DNA of 60,962 nt, taken from IMG/VR virus record IMGVR_UViG_3300045922_000164, positions 1-60,962 of that record, one strand, 5' to 3'. The translations under genes and the position numbers were made by a program. Shown here piece by piece: positions 27,614 through 35,442 of this stretch (positions are counted from its first letter, which is position 1; every line of letters starts with the position of its first letter). The notes under the pieces were generated by a model. The model made no database searches. It saw only the letters and a program-made list of their open reading frames with translations, and was not told the DNA's origin. This DNA comes from a virus. Lineage: Duplodnaviria; Caudoviricetes.

Positions 27614-28836
27614 CTGACATCCGTTTACAGAAGGCTAGGGTGCGTGCGATGAGCACCCACCCCTATCTCGCCACAGCCCTGATGGCGCTTCAGCCTGTGG
27701 AAAAGCCCATCGGCACGATGGCGGTCGACTCCGGGTGGAGGTTGTACTACGACCCGGCGCAGGTAGAGACGTGGGGGACCGACAAGTCAGCCGGTGTGCT
27801 GATTCACGAGGTCGCCCACTTGCTCCGCCGGCACGCTGAAAGGCGCGGTCAACGTGATCCGCGCACGTGGAACATCGCGTGCGACGCCGAGATCAACGAC
27901 GATCTCGTGCAGGAGGTTGACCTGCCGGCGGAAGGCATCCTGCCGCAGACCCTTGGTCTCAGGGAGGGGCTGACTGCCGAGGAGTATTACAAGATCATCG
28001 AGGCGCAGCAGTCCGCCGCACACTGGTCGGGCGAGCAATCCCCCGGCGGCGACGGCGACGGCTCCTGCGGCGGTACAGGCGAAGGCGACAGCGATGCCCC
28101 CTCCGCCCAAGGCCGCAGCCCCTCGGTGACCGCAGGCGACTGCGGGTCGTGCGCGGACGGGGTGAAGCGTGAGTATGAGCTTCCCGCCGACGACGCTGAC
28201 GCACCAGGGATCACTGAGGCGGAAGCGAAAGCCATCGCACGCTCTGTCGCTCGTCAGATCGAGAGCGCCAAAGAGCGCGGCACGGTCCCGGGCGGGTGGC
28301 GCAGGTGGGCGAGCGAGCAGCTTGCGCCCCCCAGGGTTCCCTGGCAGCAGGTTCTTGCGGCCACCGTGCGTCGGACTGCGCAGACTGCGGCGGGTGTGGG
28401 GGACTACACGTACGCCCGTCCAAGCAGGCGCGGCGTCAAGGGGGTGATCCTCCCGGCGAGCCGTCGTCCGATTCCGGCGGTGTCCGTGGTCGCGGACACG
28501 TCCGGCTCGATGTCTGGCTCGGACATTGCGTCGATTCTCAGCGAGATCGACGGCATCTGCCGCACGGTCGGGCGCGTGAGGTGGATCGCAGCGGACGCCA
28601 AGATTCAGGGCAGCGGGGTCGCTACCAACGCCAAAGGCGTGCGTCTGACCGGCGGTGGAGGGACCGACCTCCGTCCTGCGATCGCGGAGGCGGACAAGGG
28701 GGCGGACGTGATCGTAGTCCTCACGGACTGCTACACGCCGTGGCCCCTCAAGCCAACGCGAGCGCACATGATCGTCTGCGCCACCCCAGGATCCACAACG
28801 TCACCCGCTTGGGCACGTAGGGTGGAGATCAGCTAA
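27610..28836 (+). CDS. Metallopeptidase-like plus VWA domain protein (DUF2201-type MoxR partner)
   Basis: HEVAHLLRRH and WNIACDAEIN; MIDAS DTSGSM, GGGGTD, LTD. Confidence 0.9.
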   Translation: MTDIRLQKARVRAMSTHPYLATALMALQPVEKPIGTMAVDSGWRLYYDPAQVETWGTDKSAGVLIHEVAHLLRRHAERRGQRDPRTWNIACDAEINDDLVQEVDLPAEGILPQTLGLREGLTAEEYYKIIEAQQSAAHWSGEQSPGGDGDGSCGGTGEGDSDAPSAQGRSPSVTAGDCGSCADGVKREYELPADDADAPGITEAEAKAIARSVARQIESAKERGTVPGGWRRWASEQLAPPRVPWQQVLAATVRRTAQTAAGVGDYTYARPSRRGVKGVILPASRRPIPAVSVVADTSGSMSGSDIASILSEIDGICRTVGRVRWIAADAKIQGSGVATNAKGVRLTGGGGTDLRPAIAEADKGADVIVVLTDCYTPWPLKPTRAHMIVCATPGSTTSPAWARRVEIS

Positions 28837-28840
28837 CGGT

Positions 28841-29137
28841 TCGGCTTGCCGCCACCAGAGTGCCCGCTGCCCCGGCGGACTGCACGATGACGGTGGCGGA
28901 ATACCGAGGGCTCACGCTTCGCAAGGAGACCTCCGGTCTCAACTTGCTCGCGTTCGCCTTCACGCGACCGTTTCTCTCGATTGGCTCCAGTGCGTAGCGC
29001 CCGACGCTCCGTCGGACCGCGCGATGACCGCACGGACAACATGCCGAAGTTTCTAGGCTTCTGCGCTTCGCTTCGCTGCCTTGGGGCGCTCCGCTCAGCT
29101 TGCGAAGCCTACAAACTTCACACGCAACGAGGCTCTC
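28841..29137 (+). ncRNA. Structured ncRNA upstream of RT (retron msr/msd-like candidate)
   Basis: Five stem-loops fill the gap, including a duplicated covarying 32-nt motif and a long terminal hairpin at 29046-29119. Confidence 0.75.
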
Positions 29138-30244
29138 ATGCTGTATTACATCGACACAAACTCCTTCTATCCTGGTCTGATTCGACCTGCCTACACGATC
29201 AAAACGATCAGGAATGGGGGGAAGGAGCGCAAGCTCTACATCTCGTCCGACATTGTGAGCAGGAAAAACCTGCGCGTTATGGCAGCCAGATTGGCGAAGC
29301 ACATCGACGAACGCAGGTACATGCACGACCACGGCTTCCGCGGTGGCCGCTCTCCGGTGACGTGCGCTGCTTCACTGAGGGGCAGGAGGTACTACCTGTC
29401 CGCCGACCTCCAGGACTGTTTCCCCTCCACGACTCGTGAGATGGTGAGGCGCGGCCTGAACTTGGCCGGTGCGTCGATAGACGACGACCTGCTGGAGATC
29501 ATCACGCCAGATGGCGCTCCACAGCAAGGCATCCCGACGAGCCCGATCCTTGTGGCGATCGCCCTCAAGGCTCTCGACATGGAGATCGTGAAGCGGTGGC
29601 CTGGGGTGCTCTACTCGCGGTATGCGGACGACCTGAACTTCGCGACAGACTCGCTTGAGGTGGCGCGCGAGATCAGGCGCGAGCTTCCTGGGATCGCCGA
29701 CCGTCTCGGGTGGAAAGTGAACCCGAGGAAGTGGCAGATGACCGACTCGAAGGTGTGCCGGCCGGTCATCTGTGGCGTCGTGCTTGACGGGAATAGAACG
29801 CGCCCGACGCGCGAGTTCCGCAAGGTGCTTCGCGCAGCCGAGCATGCAGGATCAGACTCCTACCGCACGAGAGGATTGCACGGGTGGACCGCTACCGCAG
29901 TCCGTGAACTTCCTCCACACGGCCGTCCTGTGCGCGCTGATAATAGGGGGTGGGACATCACTTACCGAGGGGTGAGTCTGAAGGCTGTACTCATCAAGGG
30001 TGACTGGTACTACGAGGCGCCATCCGGACCACGCTCACCGCTGACGCTTGCCAAGCACCCAAGGATTCTGATCCCCTCTCTGTATCGGGCGTTCCACTTC
30101 GACGGTGGGTTCATGCTCGACAGGATAGACAGGGTGTGGAGGCTGTGGTCGCACAACAACGTGATAGAGAAATGGGAATCGCGACCGAAGTGGGATTACG
30201 TAAAGTCGTTGATTGCAATCAGGAAGCTAGAGAGGGAACTGTGA
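29138..30244 (+). CDS. Retron-like reverse transcriptase fused to an unknown C-terminal domain (368 aa)
   Basis: HGFRGGRS, ADLQDCFPS, PQQGIPTSP, YSRYADDL, VNPRK, VICGV; GAGG RBS before ATG 29138. Confidence 0.9.
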   Translation: MLYYIDTNSFYPGLIRPAYTIKTIRNGGKERKLYISSDIVSRKNLRVMAARLAKHIDERRYMHDHGFRGGRSPVTCAASLRGRRYYLSADLQDCFPSTTREMVRRGLNLAGASIDDDLLEIITPDGAPQQGIPTSPILVAIALKALDMEIVKRWPGVLYSRYADDLNFATDSLEVAREIRRELPGIADRLGWKVNPRKWQMTDSKVCRPVICGVVLDGNRTRPTREFRKVLRAAEHAGSDSYRTRGLHGWTATAVRELPPHGRPVRADNRGWDITYRGVSLKAVLIKGDWYYEAPSGPRSPLTLAKHPRILIPSLYRAFHFDGGFMLDRIDRVWRLWSHNNVIEKWESRPKWDYVKSLIAIRKLEREL

Positions 30245-30606
30245 GCTTGCCTCCATACGGCAAGATCATCATAAAGATCGGCGACAACAGGTGGAGCATC
30301 TGTTGGAGAGGCATCCCGATGGAAGCTGAACGCAGGGACGGAGAGTGGAGGTACTACCACACAAACCCATCATTACGAAAACAAACCTTCGGACGAACGC
30401 CGCGATATGTGGCCCAGAATATTAGTCGAGAGATTCACATCGACAGAGAGTTTCGCCTTGTGCGGTGGCATGGCATGTACGGGAGCTGGTACCTGTACAT
30501 GGGAAATGGCTATCACGCATCGGTTATCAAGGCTTGGGAGAAGAGACCAAAGCGCAATGAGTTGTTGGCCACCATCGCGATGGCAAAGCTAGAGAGGAAA
30601 CCGTGA
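30241..30606 (+). CDS. Stand-alone paralogue 1 of the RT C-terminal domain
   Basis: LPPYG...W.I.WRGI.M...W.Y...TPR...WEKRP...IAMAKLER; GTGA overlap. Confidence 0.8.
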   Translation: MSLPPYGKIIIKIGDNRWSICWRGIPMEAERRDGEWRYYHTNPSLRKQTFGRTPRYVAQNISREIHIDREFRLVRWHGMYGSWYLYMGNGYHASVIKAWEKRPKRNELLATIAMAKLERKP

Positions 30607-30974
30607 GAAAGCCGCCGCACGGGCGTGTCGTTGGAAGAGTGAACGACACGACGTGGAGAATCCTCTGGAGAGGAATCCAGATGGAGGCCGCCGCTGAACA
30701 CCACAGGTGGGTTTACCGGTGCGACGACCCAATACGCGCCAACGGGACGGCTGGCTATACGCCACGTGAAGCGGTCAAGTATTGCGGCAGGGTAATTGAG
30801 CTTGGCGGCGGATTCAGTCTCGTCAGGCTGTGCGGCATGTACGGATACTGGTATCTGTACAAAGGATCGCGCTACTCGAAGTTCAGTCGCATGGTCTGTC
30901 AGTGGGGAAAAAGGCCGCCACGCAGCGTAGTGTTGTCAACCATCGCACTGGAGAAGCTGGAGGAAAGCACATGA
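30603..30974 (+). CDS. Stand-alone paralogue 2 of the RT C-terminal domain
   Basis: KPPHG...WRILWRGIQM...TPR...GMYGYWYLY...WGKRP...IALEKLE; GTGA overlap. Confidence 0.8.
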   Translation: MRKPPHGRVVGRVNDTTWRILWRGIQMEAAAEHHRWVYRCDDPIRANGTAGYTPREAVKYCGRVIELGGGFSLVRLCGMYGYWYLYKGSRYSKFSRMVCQWGKRPPRSVVLSTIALEKLEEST

Positions 30975-31159
30975 GATCGGAGGAAGAGCACTACTTGGAC
31001 GAGAAATACTTCATCTCCAAGAGGAAGACAAACGATGGTGAGGAATGGATCCTATGCAGGAACGGATTGACGTTTGCATGGATCCTGCACAGGTGGAAGG
31101 ATAAGCCGTCCATAGAGGAAGCGATGGCGACAGTTGCCATATTGAAATTGGGAGCATAG
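30971..31159 (+). CDS. Half-length paralogue 3 (C-terminal half of the same domain)
   Basis: HYLDEKYFI...W...WKDKP...ATVAILKL; ATGA overlap. Confidence 0.65.
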   Translation: MRSEEEHYLDEKYFISKRKTNDGEEWILCRNGLTFAWILHRWKDKPSIEEAMATVAILKLGA

Positions 31160-31161
31160 CG

Positions 31162-31440
31162 ATGGGTTGGATTGAAGACTCGAAGAGAACGATGGAGCGC
31201 TGGCTGGAAGACGGGGACACATGGATCGGTGTCTTCCAGAACAGAGACCTTTCGAGCAGCGATTGCGGGCGCACGATTGCGCTCCCGTTCTCGCTGAGCG
31301 ACGGGTCGTACGAGAAGGCCGAAGTAGGCAAGTCGCGAGCGCCGGACACGAGTGCCGGTCTCGGATGGCGGTACATCCTCATCGGTAAGGCCACGAGTGC
31401 CGACGAGGCAATTTCTTTCTTCAACACGGAGGGCAAATGA
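31162..31440 (+). CDS. Hypothetical protein
   Basis: GGAG RBS, coupled to the next gene. Confidence 0.7.
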   Translation: MGWIEDSKRTMERWLEDGDTWIGVFQNRDLSSSDCGRTIALPFSLSDGSYEKAEVGKSRAPDTSAGLGWRYILIGKATSADEAISFFNTEGK

Positions 31441-32504
31441 AAGGTGGAATGGAACTGAAAGATCTGGCGGCTGAAATCAGGCGGCGTGCAGAGAGCAAGC
31501 GTGATCTGCTTGCTCCTGTGTCGAAGCTCGTCATGGAGGGTGGTGGCCAGCTTTCAGTCATCAACGGGAAGCTGGAGCGGTACCTCGTCAACGAGATCGC
31601 GCACGAGCAGATCGCCGACTACACCGGCATCCCCATGGGGTACTACCGGAGAATGCTCGCCGACGAGAGCGCGATCCTGGCGACGAACGTCAACCACTGG
31701 TTCGGCCGCAAGGAGAATGACCGCAGGCTGGTCAGGACGCTGGACGGGAAGGTCCGCGCGTTCCTGTCGGACAAGTACCGGCCGCTGGAGCATGAGGATC
31801 TGGCTGAGGCTGTCCTGCCGATCATCGGTCAGGCGCGGATGCAGATCGTCTCCGCCTACATCACCGACCGCAAGCTGTACATCAAGGCGATCGAACCGAG
31901 CACGCTCCGCTCGGTGCCGACCGGCAAGAAGGTTGGGGCGTCGGTCGAGCATCAGCAGGTCTGCCCTGCGGTCGTCATCTCGAACTCCGAGGTCGGGCAT
32001 GGCGCGCTCCAGATCCTCTCCGGGGTCTACACGCAGCGCGATCACCTGATGACGATGGGTGCGAGCCTGCGCAAGTACCACACGGGGGCGCGCGCAGACA
32101 TCTCCGACGAAGTGTACGAGATGCTGTCGGACGATACCAAGCGCGCCACCGATGTGGCCCTCTGGAAGCAGGTGCAGGACATCGTGCGGTCAGCGGTCGA
32201 CGAGGCGAAGTTTGAGGCGATCTGCGCCAAGCTCGGTGAGGCTGCGGCCGACGTGATCCTGCCTGAGCAGGCGGTCGAGGTCGTCGAGAGGTTCGCCCGC
32301 CGGTACACCCTGCAGGACTCCGAGAAGAAGGGTGTGCTGGCCGCACTCATCGAGGGCGGAGATCTCACCAGGTTCGGGCTGTCGGCTGCGGTCTGCAGGC
32401 ACTCCGAGTTTGTGGACGACTACGACCGGGCGAGCGAGATGGAGCGGACCGCCGGAGAGATCATCGAGCTGTCCAGGAGCCAGTGGCGCGACCTGGTGAA
32501 CTAA
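31437..32504 (+). CDS. DUF932-like phage/plasmid protein
   Basis: RRLVRTLDGKVRAFLSDKYRPL, ISNSEVG.G motifs. Confidence 0.75.
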   Translation: MKGGMELKDLAAEIRRRAESKRDLLAPVSKLVMEGGGQLSVINGKLERYLVNEIAHEQIADYTGIPMGYYRRMLADESAILATNVNHWFGRKENDRRLVRTLDGKVRAFLSDKYRPLEHEDLAEAVLPIIGQARMQIVSAYITDRKLYIKAIEPSTLRSVPTGKKVGASVEHQQVCPAVVISNSEVGHGALQILSGVYTQRDHLMTMGASLRKYHTGARADISDEVYEMLSDDTKRATDVALWKQVQDIVRSAVDEAKFEAICAKLGEAAADVILPEQAVEVVERFARRYTLQDSEKKGVLAALIEGGDLTRFGLSAAVCRHSEFVDDYDRASEMERTAGEIIELSRSQWRDLVN

Positions 32505-32506
32505 AC

Positions 32507-32535
32507 TGGTGGGGCGCAATGCCCCACTATTTTTT
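32507..32535 (+). terminator. Intrinsic terminator
   Basis: GTGGGGC-gcaat-GCCCCAC followed by a T-tract. Confidence 0.8.
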
Positions 32536-32548
32536 GCATGGAGCAAAC

Positions 32549-32890
32549 ATGAAAGCACTCATTGCATCCGCACTTCTGACAATCTCGCTGAGCGCGCACG
32601 CCGGAAGCACATTCTTCATCTCCGGGAACAAGCTGCTCGAATGGTGCGAAAACGAGCGTTTGTCTCCAATGTGCTACGGATACGTAGTCGGGGTGGCAGA
32701 CTCGAAGATGAAGCACTGCCCGATGCCTGGTGTAACGGTCAAGCAGATGGGGAACACGGTGATCAAGTACGCGAAGATGATGCCGGAAAACCTTCATGGT
32801 CCGGCAGACGTGCTCGTTCACGCGATACTGAGCTACGCATTCAACTGCGAGATCGAAAACAAAAAAGATGGAGCGCTGAGGATGATGTAA
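32549..32890 (+). CDS. Rap1a/Tai-like immunity-family secreted protein
   Basis: Signal peptide; GNKLLEWC...CYGYVVGVAD...C.....T..Q...V..Y...P......A..LV...L..AF.C pattern. Confidence 0.7.
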   Translation: MKALIASALLTISLSAHAGSTFFISGNKLLEWCENERLSPMCYGYVVGVADSKMKHCPMPGVTVKQMGNTVIKYAKMMPENLHGPADVLVHAILSYAFNCEIENKKDGALRMM

Positions 32891-33354
32891 TGCACAAGCA
32901 AGAAGTAATCAGAACCGGGGACATCACCCTCTACATCGACTACGGCATCAACGAGGTGGGCGGGCATCAGAGGTTCTTCATCCTTGGTGTCCTGTACGAC
33001 GGCTTCAAGCTCGTTGAGAGCGGGAAAATATTCGACACCATCAGGAAGCTGGCACCCGGGAAGTACGACGACCTGATGGCGCTCCATCAGTGCGACATCA
33101 ATGGTGCGCACGTCAACAGCAGGAAGCTGGCGTGGATCCTCGTGAAACGCATCCTCAGAAAAGACCTGTGGGCAGAGCGAGAGAACAACATCGAAGATCT
33201 ACGCAGGATCCTGCGCGCTACCGATGAGGAGGTGAACGAACTCATCGAACGGTGCCAGAAAGAGGGTGGTGCTCCAATCGATGAATACCTGAGCCGGAAG
33301 ATTCCGCTATGGAAGGCGGAAGCTGCTCTGGCTCGAATCAACCACGGACTGTGA
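32890..33354 (+). CDS. Hypothetical protein
   Basis: TAATG coupling; LHQCDING.H motif. Confidence 0.65.
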   Translation: MHKQEVIRTGDITLYIDYGINEVGGHQRFFILGVLYDGFKLVESGKIFDTIRKLAPGKYDDLMALHQCDINGAHVNSRKLAWILVKRILRKDLWAERENNIEDLRRILRATDEEVNELIERCQKEGGAPIDEYLSRKIPLWKAEAALARINHGL

Positions 33355-33364
33355 CGGAGGAAAC

Positions 33365-33556
33365 ATGAAGGAGTCGTATCTGCAAAAGCTGAAAGAGCAA
33401 TACAGGCTGCGCGACAAGACCTACAAGGCACTCAAGATGGTGCTCGTCGACGGTCGAAGCTGGAGGGATGCAGAGCGCACGACAGGTGTCGCGCGCTCGA
33501 CAATCTTCAGATCCCTCCAGAGGATCGGGATCCTCAAGAAGGTGACGCACTTGTAG
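33365..33556 (+). CDS. Small HTH DNA-binding protein
   Basis: SWRDAERTTGVARSTIFRSL helix-turn-helix; GGAGG RBS. Confidence 0.7.
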   Translation: MKESYLQKLKEQYRLRDKTYKALKMVLVDGRSWRDAERTTGVARSTIFRSLQRIGILKKVTHL

Positions 33557-34139
33557 GGGTGGCGTCAGGGATCTTCTCAAAGAACGACGGGGGCGGGGTG
33601 ATTCCGCCCTCGATCATCGGTGCCACTACCTCTGCGATGTATCGCTGGCAGGCTTGCAGTTGCCTGACTGCTCGATCTGCTCGATCGGCTTCCCGGACAA
33701 GAAACTCTCGATCCGGCAGAGGAAGTTGGCTTCGGTCGGCTTCATAATCCCGGCAGGTGGAGGGGGCAGCTTCGGCTGGGAGGAGGGGACGGGCGGCGGC
33801 TTGCTGGCGCAGCCGCTCAATGACAGCGCGATAACGGCGACAATCATTCTCAATGATCTGCTCATACTCCCTCCTGATCTTCTCGTTCGCTGCTCTCGCC
33901 TCCTCCTCTACCTTCCTCGCCCTCTCTTCGGCTTCACGTAGCTGCTCTGCGTACTGAAGCTCCCGCTCGCTCCATCTCTTCCCCCACTTGTCTTCGTTCT
34001 GCAAGACAGCCTGCTTGACCCTCTCGTTCGCATCACTGCATCCGTACAGGTAGCCCGAGATGCCGCTCACGATGATGGCCAGAGCTACCATCGACATCAA
34101 ACGGGGTGACGCAAGACCAAGCACGAACCACCCGATCAC
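33534..34139 (-). CDS. Inner-membrane spanin (Rz-like)
   Basis: N-terminal TM, coiled coil, QLQACQRYI. Confidence 0.8.
   Translation of the reverse strand: MIGWFVLGLASPRLMSMVALAIIVSGISGYLYGCSDANERVKQAVLQNEDKWGKRWSERELQYAEQLREAEERARKVEEEARAANEKIRREYEQIIENDCRRYRAVIERLRQQAAARPLLPAEAAPSTCRDYEADRSQLPLPDREFLVREADRADRAVRQLQACQRYIAEVVAPMIEGGITPPPSFFEKIPDATPTSASPS
33626..33865 (-). CDS. Outer-membrane spanin lipoprotein (Rz1-like), embedded in Rz
   Basis: Lipobox LSGC and Pro-rich segment in an alternative frame. Confidence 0.8.
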   Translation of the reverse strand: MSRSLRMIVAVIALSLSGCASKPPPVPSSQPKLPPPPAGIMKPTEANFLCRIESFLSGKPIEQIEQSGNCKPASDTSQR

Positions 34140-34384
34140 TTCTTCCTGCTCTTGATGAATGCAATCGTCCTGTCGAGAAAGTAGATCGCGATCCCGACGC
34201 TCATCAACAGAAGCTCTGGGTGCGATTGCTCATCCATCACAGCACCGATCGTTGCAATTCCACCGATCGACATCAGAACGAACGCTGCAAACTGTAGCCA
34301 CGTGTCATGGTAGTGAACGTAGAAGACTGCGGCAACGCATACGATGACGACAAATGACAACGCAACAACGGTGATTGCATCCAT
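34136..34384 (-). CDS. Holin/antiholin-like membrane protein
   Basis: Three hydrophobic segments, basic C-terminus, lysis cassette. Confidence 0.65.
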   Translation of the reverse strand: MDAITVVALSFVVIVCVAAVFYVHYHDTWLQFAAFVLMSIGGIATIGAVMDEQSHPELLLMSVGIAIYFLDRTIAFIKSRKK

Positions 34385-34391
34385 GTTCTTC

Positions 34392-34736
34392 TCACTTTGG
34401 TGGGAGTCCGAGGAAGCGGCGCACCACAGCACGCAACCACTCTGCAAGCTCCTCACCGTTGATGACATCGATCACCGACATCAGCTTCATCATCAGCGCA
34501 ACCCCGAAGCTGCCGACGAGAAATCCGACAGCCCCAGACATCTTCGGCTTGCCAAGCCAATCGACCAACGGCTCGGTGAGGAATGCGGCCATCAGTGCGC
34601 CGCAGACAAACGTCGTGAAAACTACGATAGCAGGCTTCCTGCTGGCGATCGCGGCCGCGGCAGCAACCAGAGCGCCAGCGATGCCTGAGGCTACAGCCTT
34701 CCAGGTTGCCGAAAGCCACCCGTGAAAATCGTCCAC
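34392..34736 (-). CDS. Holin-like membrane protein
   Basis: Multiple TM segments directly after the endolysin. Confidence 0.7.
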   Translation of the reverse strand: MDDFHGWLSATWKAVASGIAGALVAAAAAIASRKPAIVVFTTFVCGALMAAFLTEPLVDWLGKPKMSGAVGFLVGSFGVALMMKLMSVIDVINGEELAEWLRAVVRRFLGLPPK

Positions 34737-34745
34737 TCCCTTCTC

Positions 34746-35390
34746 CTACGCTTGCAATGCACGAGAAAACAGGGCCAGACGGTTTTCGATGTCCATCCTG
34801 GACCCAGTGATACGCCTGACCAGAAGGCGGAAGCTGATCGCCAGCAGGTCGTTGCCGCCGATCTTGTCCCAGAACCAGCCGGCTGAGTCTGCCGCGTACC
34901 GTGGCTCAGACAGCATGTCGGGCCTCTCGGTTGCAGGCACCCCTGTGGCGGCCTCGTAGGCCGCGTAGTTCGATTTCCCGGTCAGTTGGAACAATCCCCT
35001 TCCCCGGTACTTCCAGCCGTCTCCTGAGCCCTGTGGGCCGTTCCCAAGCCTATTCGCGTACACGAGGTCGGCAAGCTCCATCGGACGGTTGACGTAGAGC
35101 AGCGGGTTCCTCTTCCCATCTGGCAGCGGGTCCATCAGGGTCTCCCCCTCCGACGGCATCCGGAAGATCGAGAACACCTCCACCAGCCTCTCCGGAGTTC
35201 GGTAACTGAGGTTCTCCTCGGTACGGGTGAACATCCAGCTCTCCCTGGCCGCGTTCGCCACGAATGCGGCCACCTGCTCCTCGGTGACGATCCCCCACTT
35301 GAAGCACGCCTCATCGATGTGTGGGGCGAACCGCTCCGCATCCTGGAGCCTGCACCCTGTCGCAGAAACCAGCCACCGAGCGTCGATCAT
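34746..35390 (-). CDS. Endolysin, glycoside hydrolase family 19
   Basis: RES...EENLSY, YANRLGNG, DGWKYRGRGLFQLTGKSNY; likely start MIDAR at 35390. Confidence 0.9.
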   Translation of the reverse strand: MIDARWLVSATGCRLQDAERFAPHIDEACFKWGIVTEEQVAAFVANAARESWMFTRTEENLSYRTPERLVEVFSIFRMPSEGETLMDPLPDGKRNPLLYVNRPMELADLVYANRLGNGPQGSGDGWKYRGRGLFQLTGKSNYAAYEAATGVPATERPDMLSEPRYAADSAGWFWDKIGGNDLLAISFRLLVRRITGSRMDIENRLALFSRALQA

Positions 35391-35408
35391 TCCCACATCG
35401 TAGCACGC

Positions 35409-35437
35409 TTGACATGGGACAGAAAGCGTGAGAATAT
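35409..35437 (+). promoter_or_regulatory. Promoter candidate firing into the intergenic structured region
   Basis: TTGACA-N17-GAATAT, overlapped by inverted repeat CACGCTT/AAGCGTG; divergent TG-C-TACGAT -10 for the endolysin. Confidence 0.5.
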
Positions 35438-35442
35438 TCGCC

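Noticed and set aside
28841-30244. Diversity-generating retroelement acting on the variable tail fibres
   Set aside because: I found no template repeat matching the fibre genes near the RT and no Avd-like gene. Differences between the fibre copies are not adenine-restricted and include synonymous changes and an indel. RT motifs look retron-like.
29138-30244. Group II intron RT/maturase
   Set aside because: The RT is too short, lacks recognisable domain 0/X, no domain V/VI follows, and no gene is interrupted.
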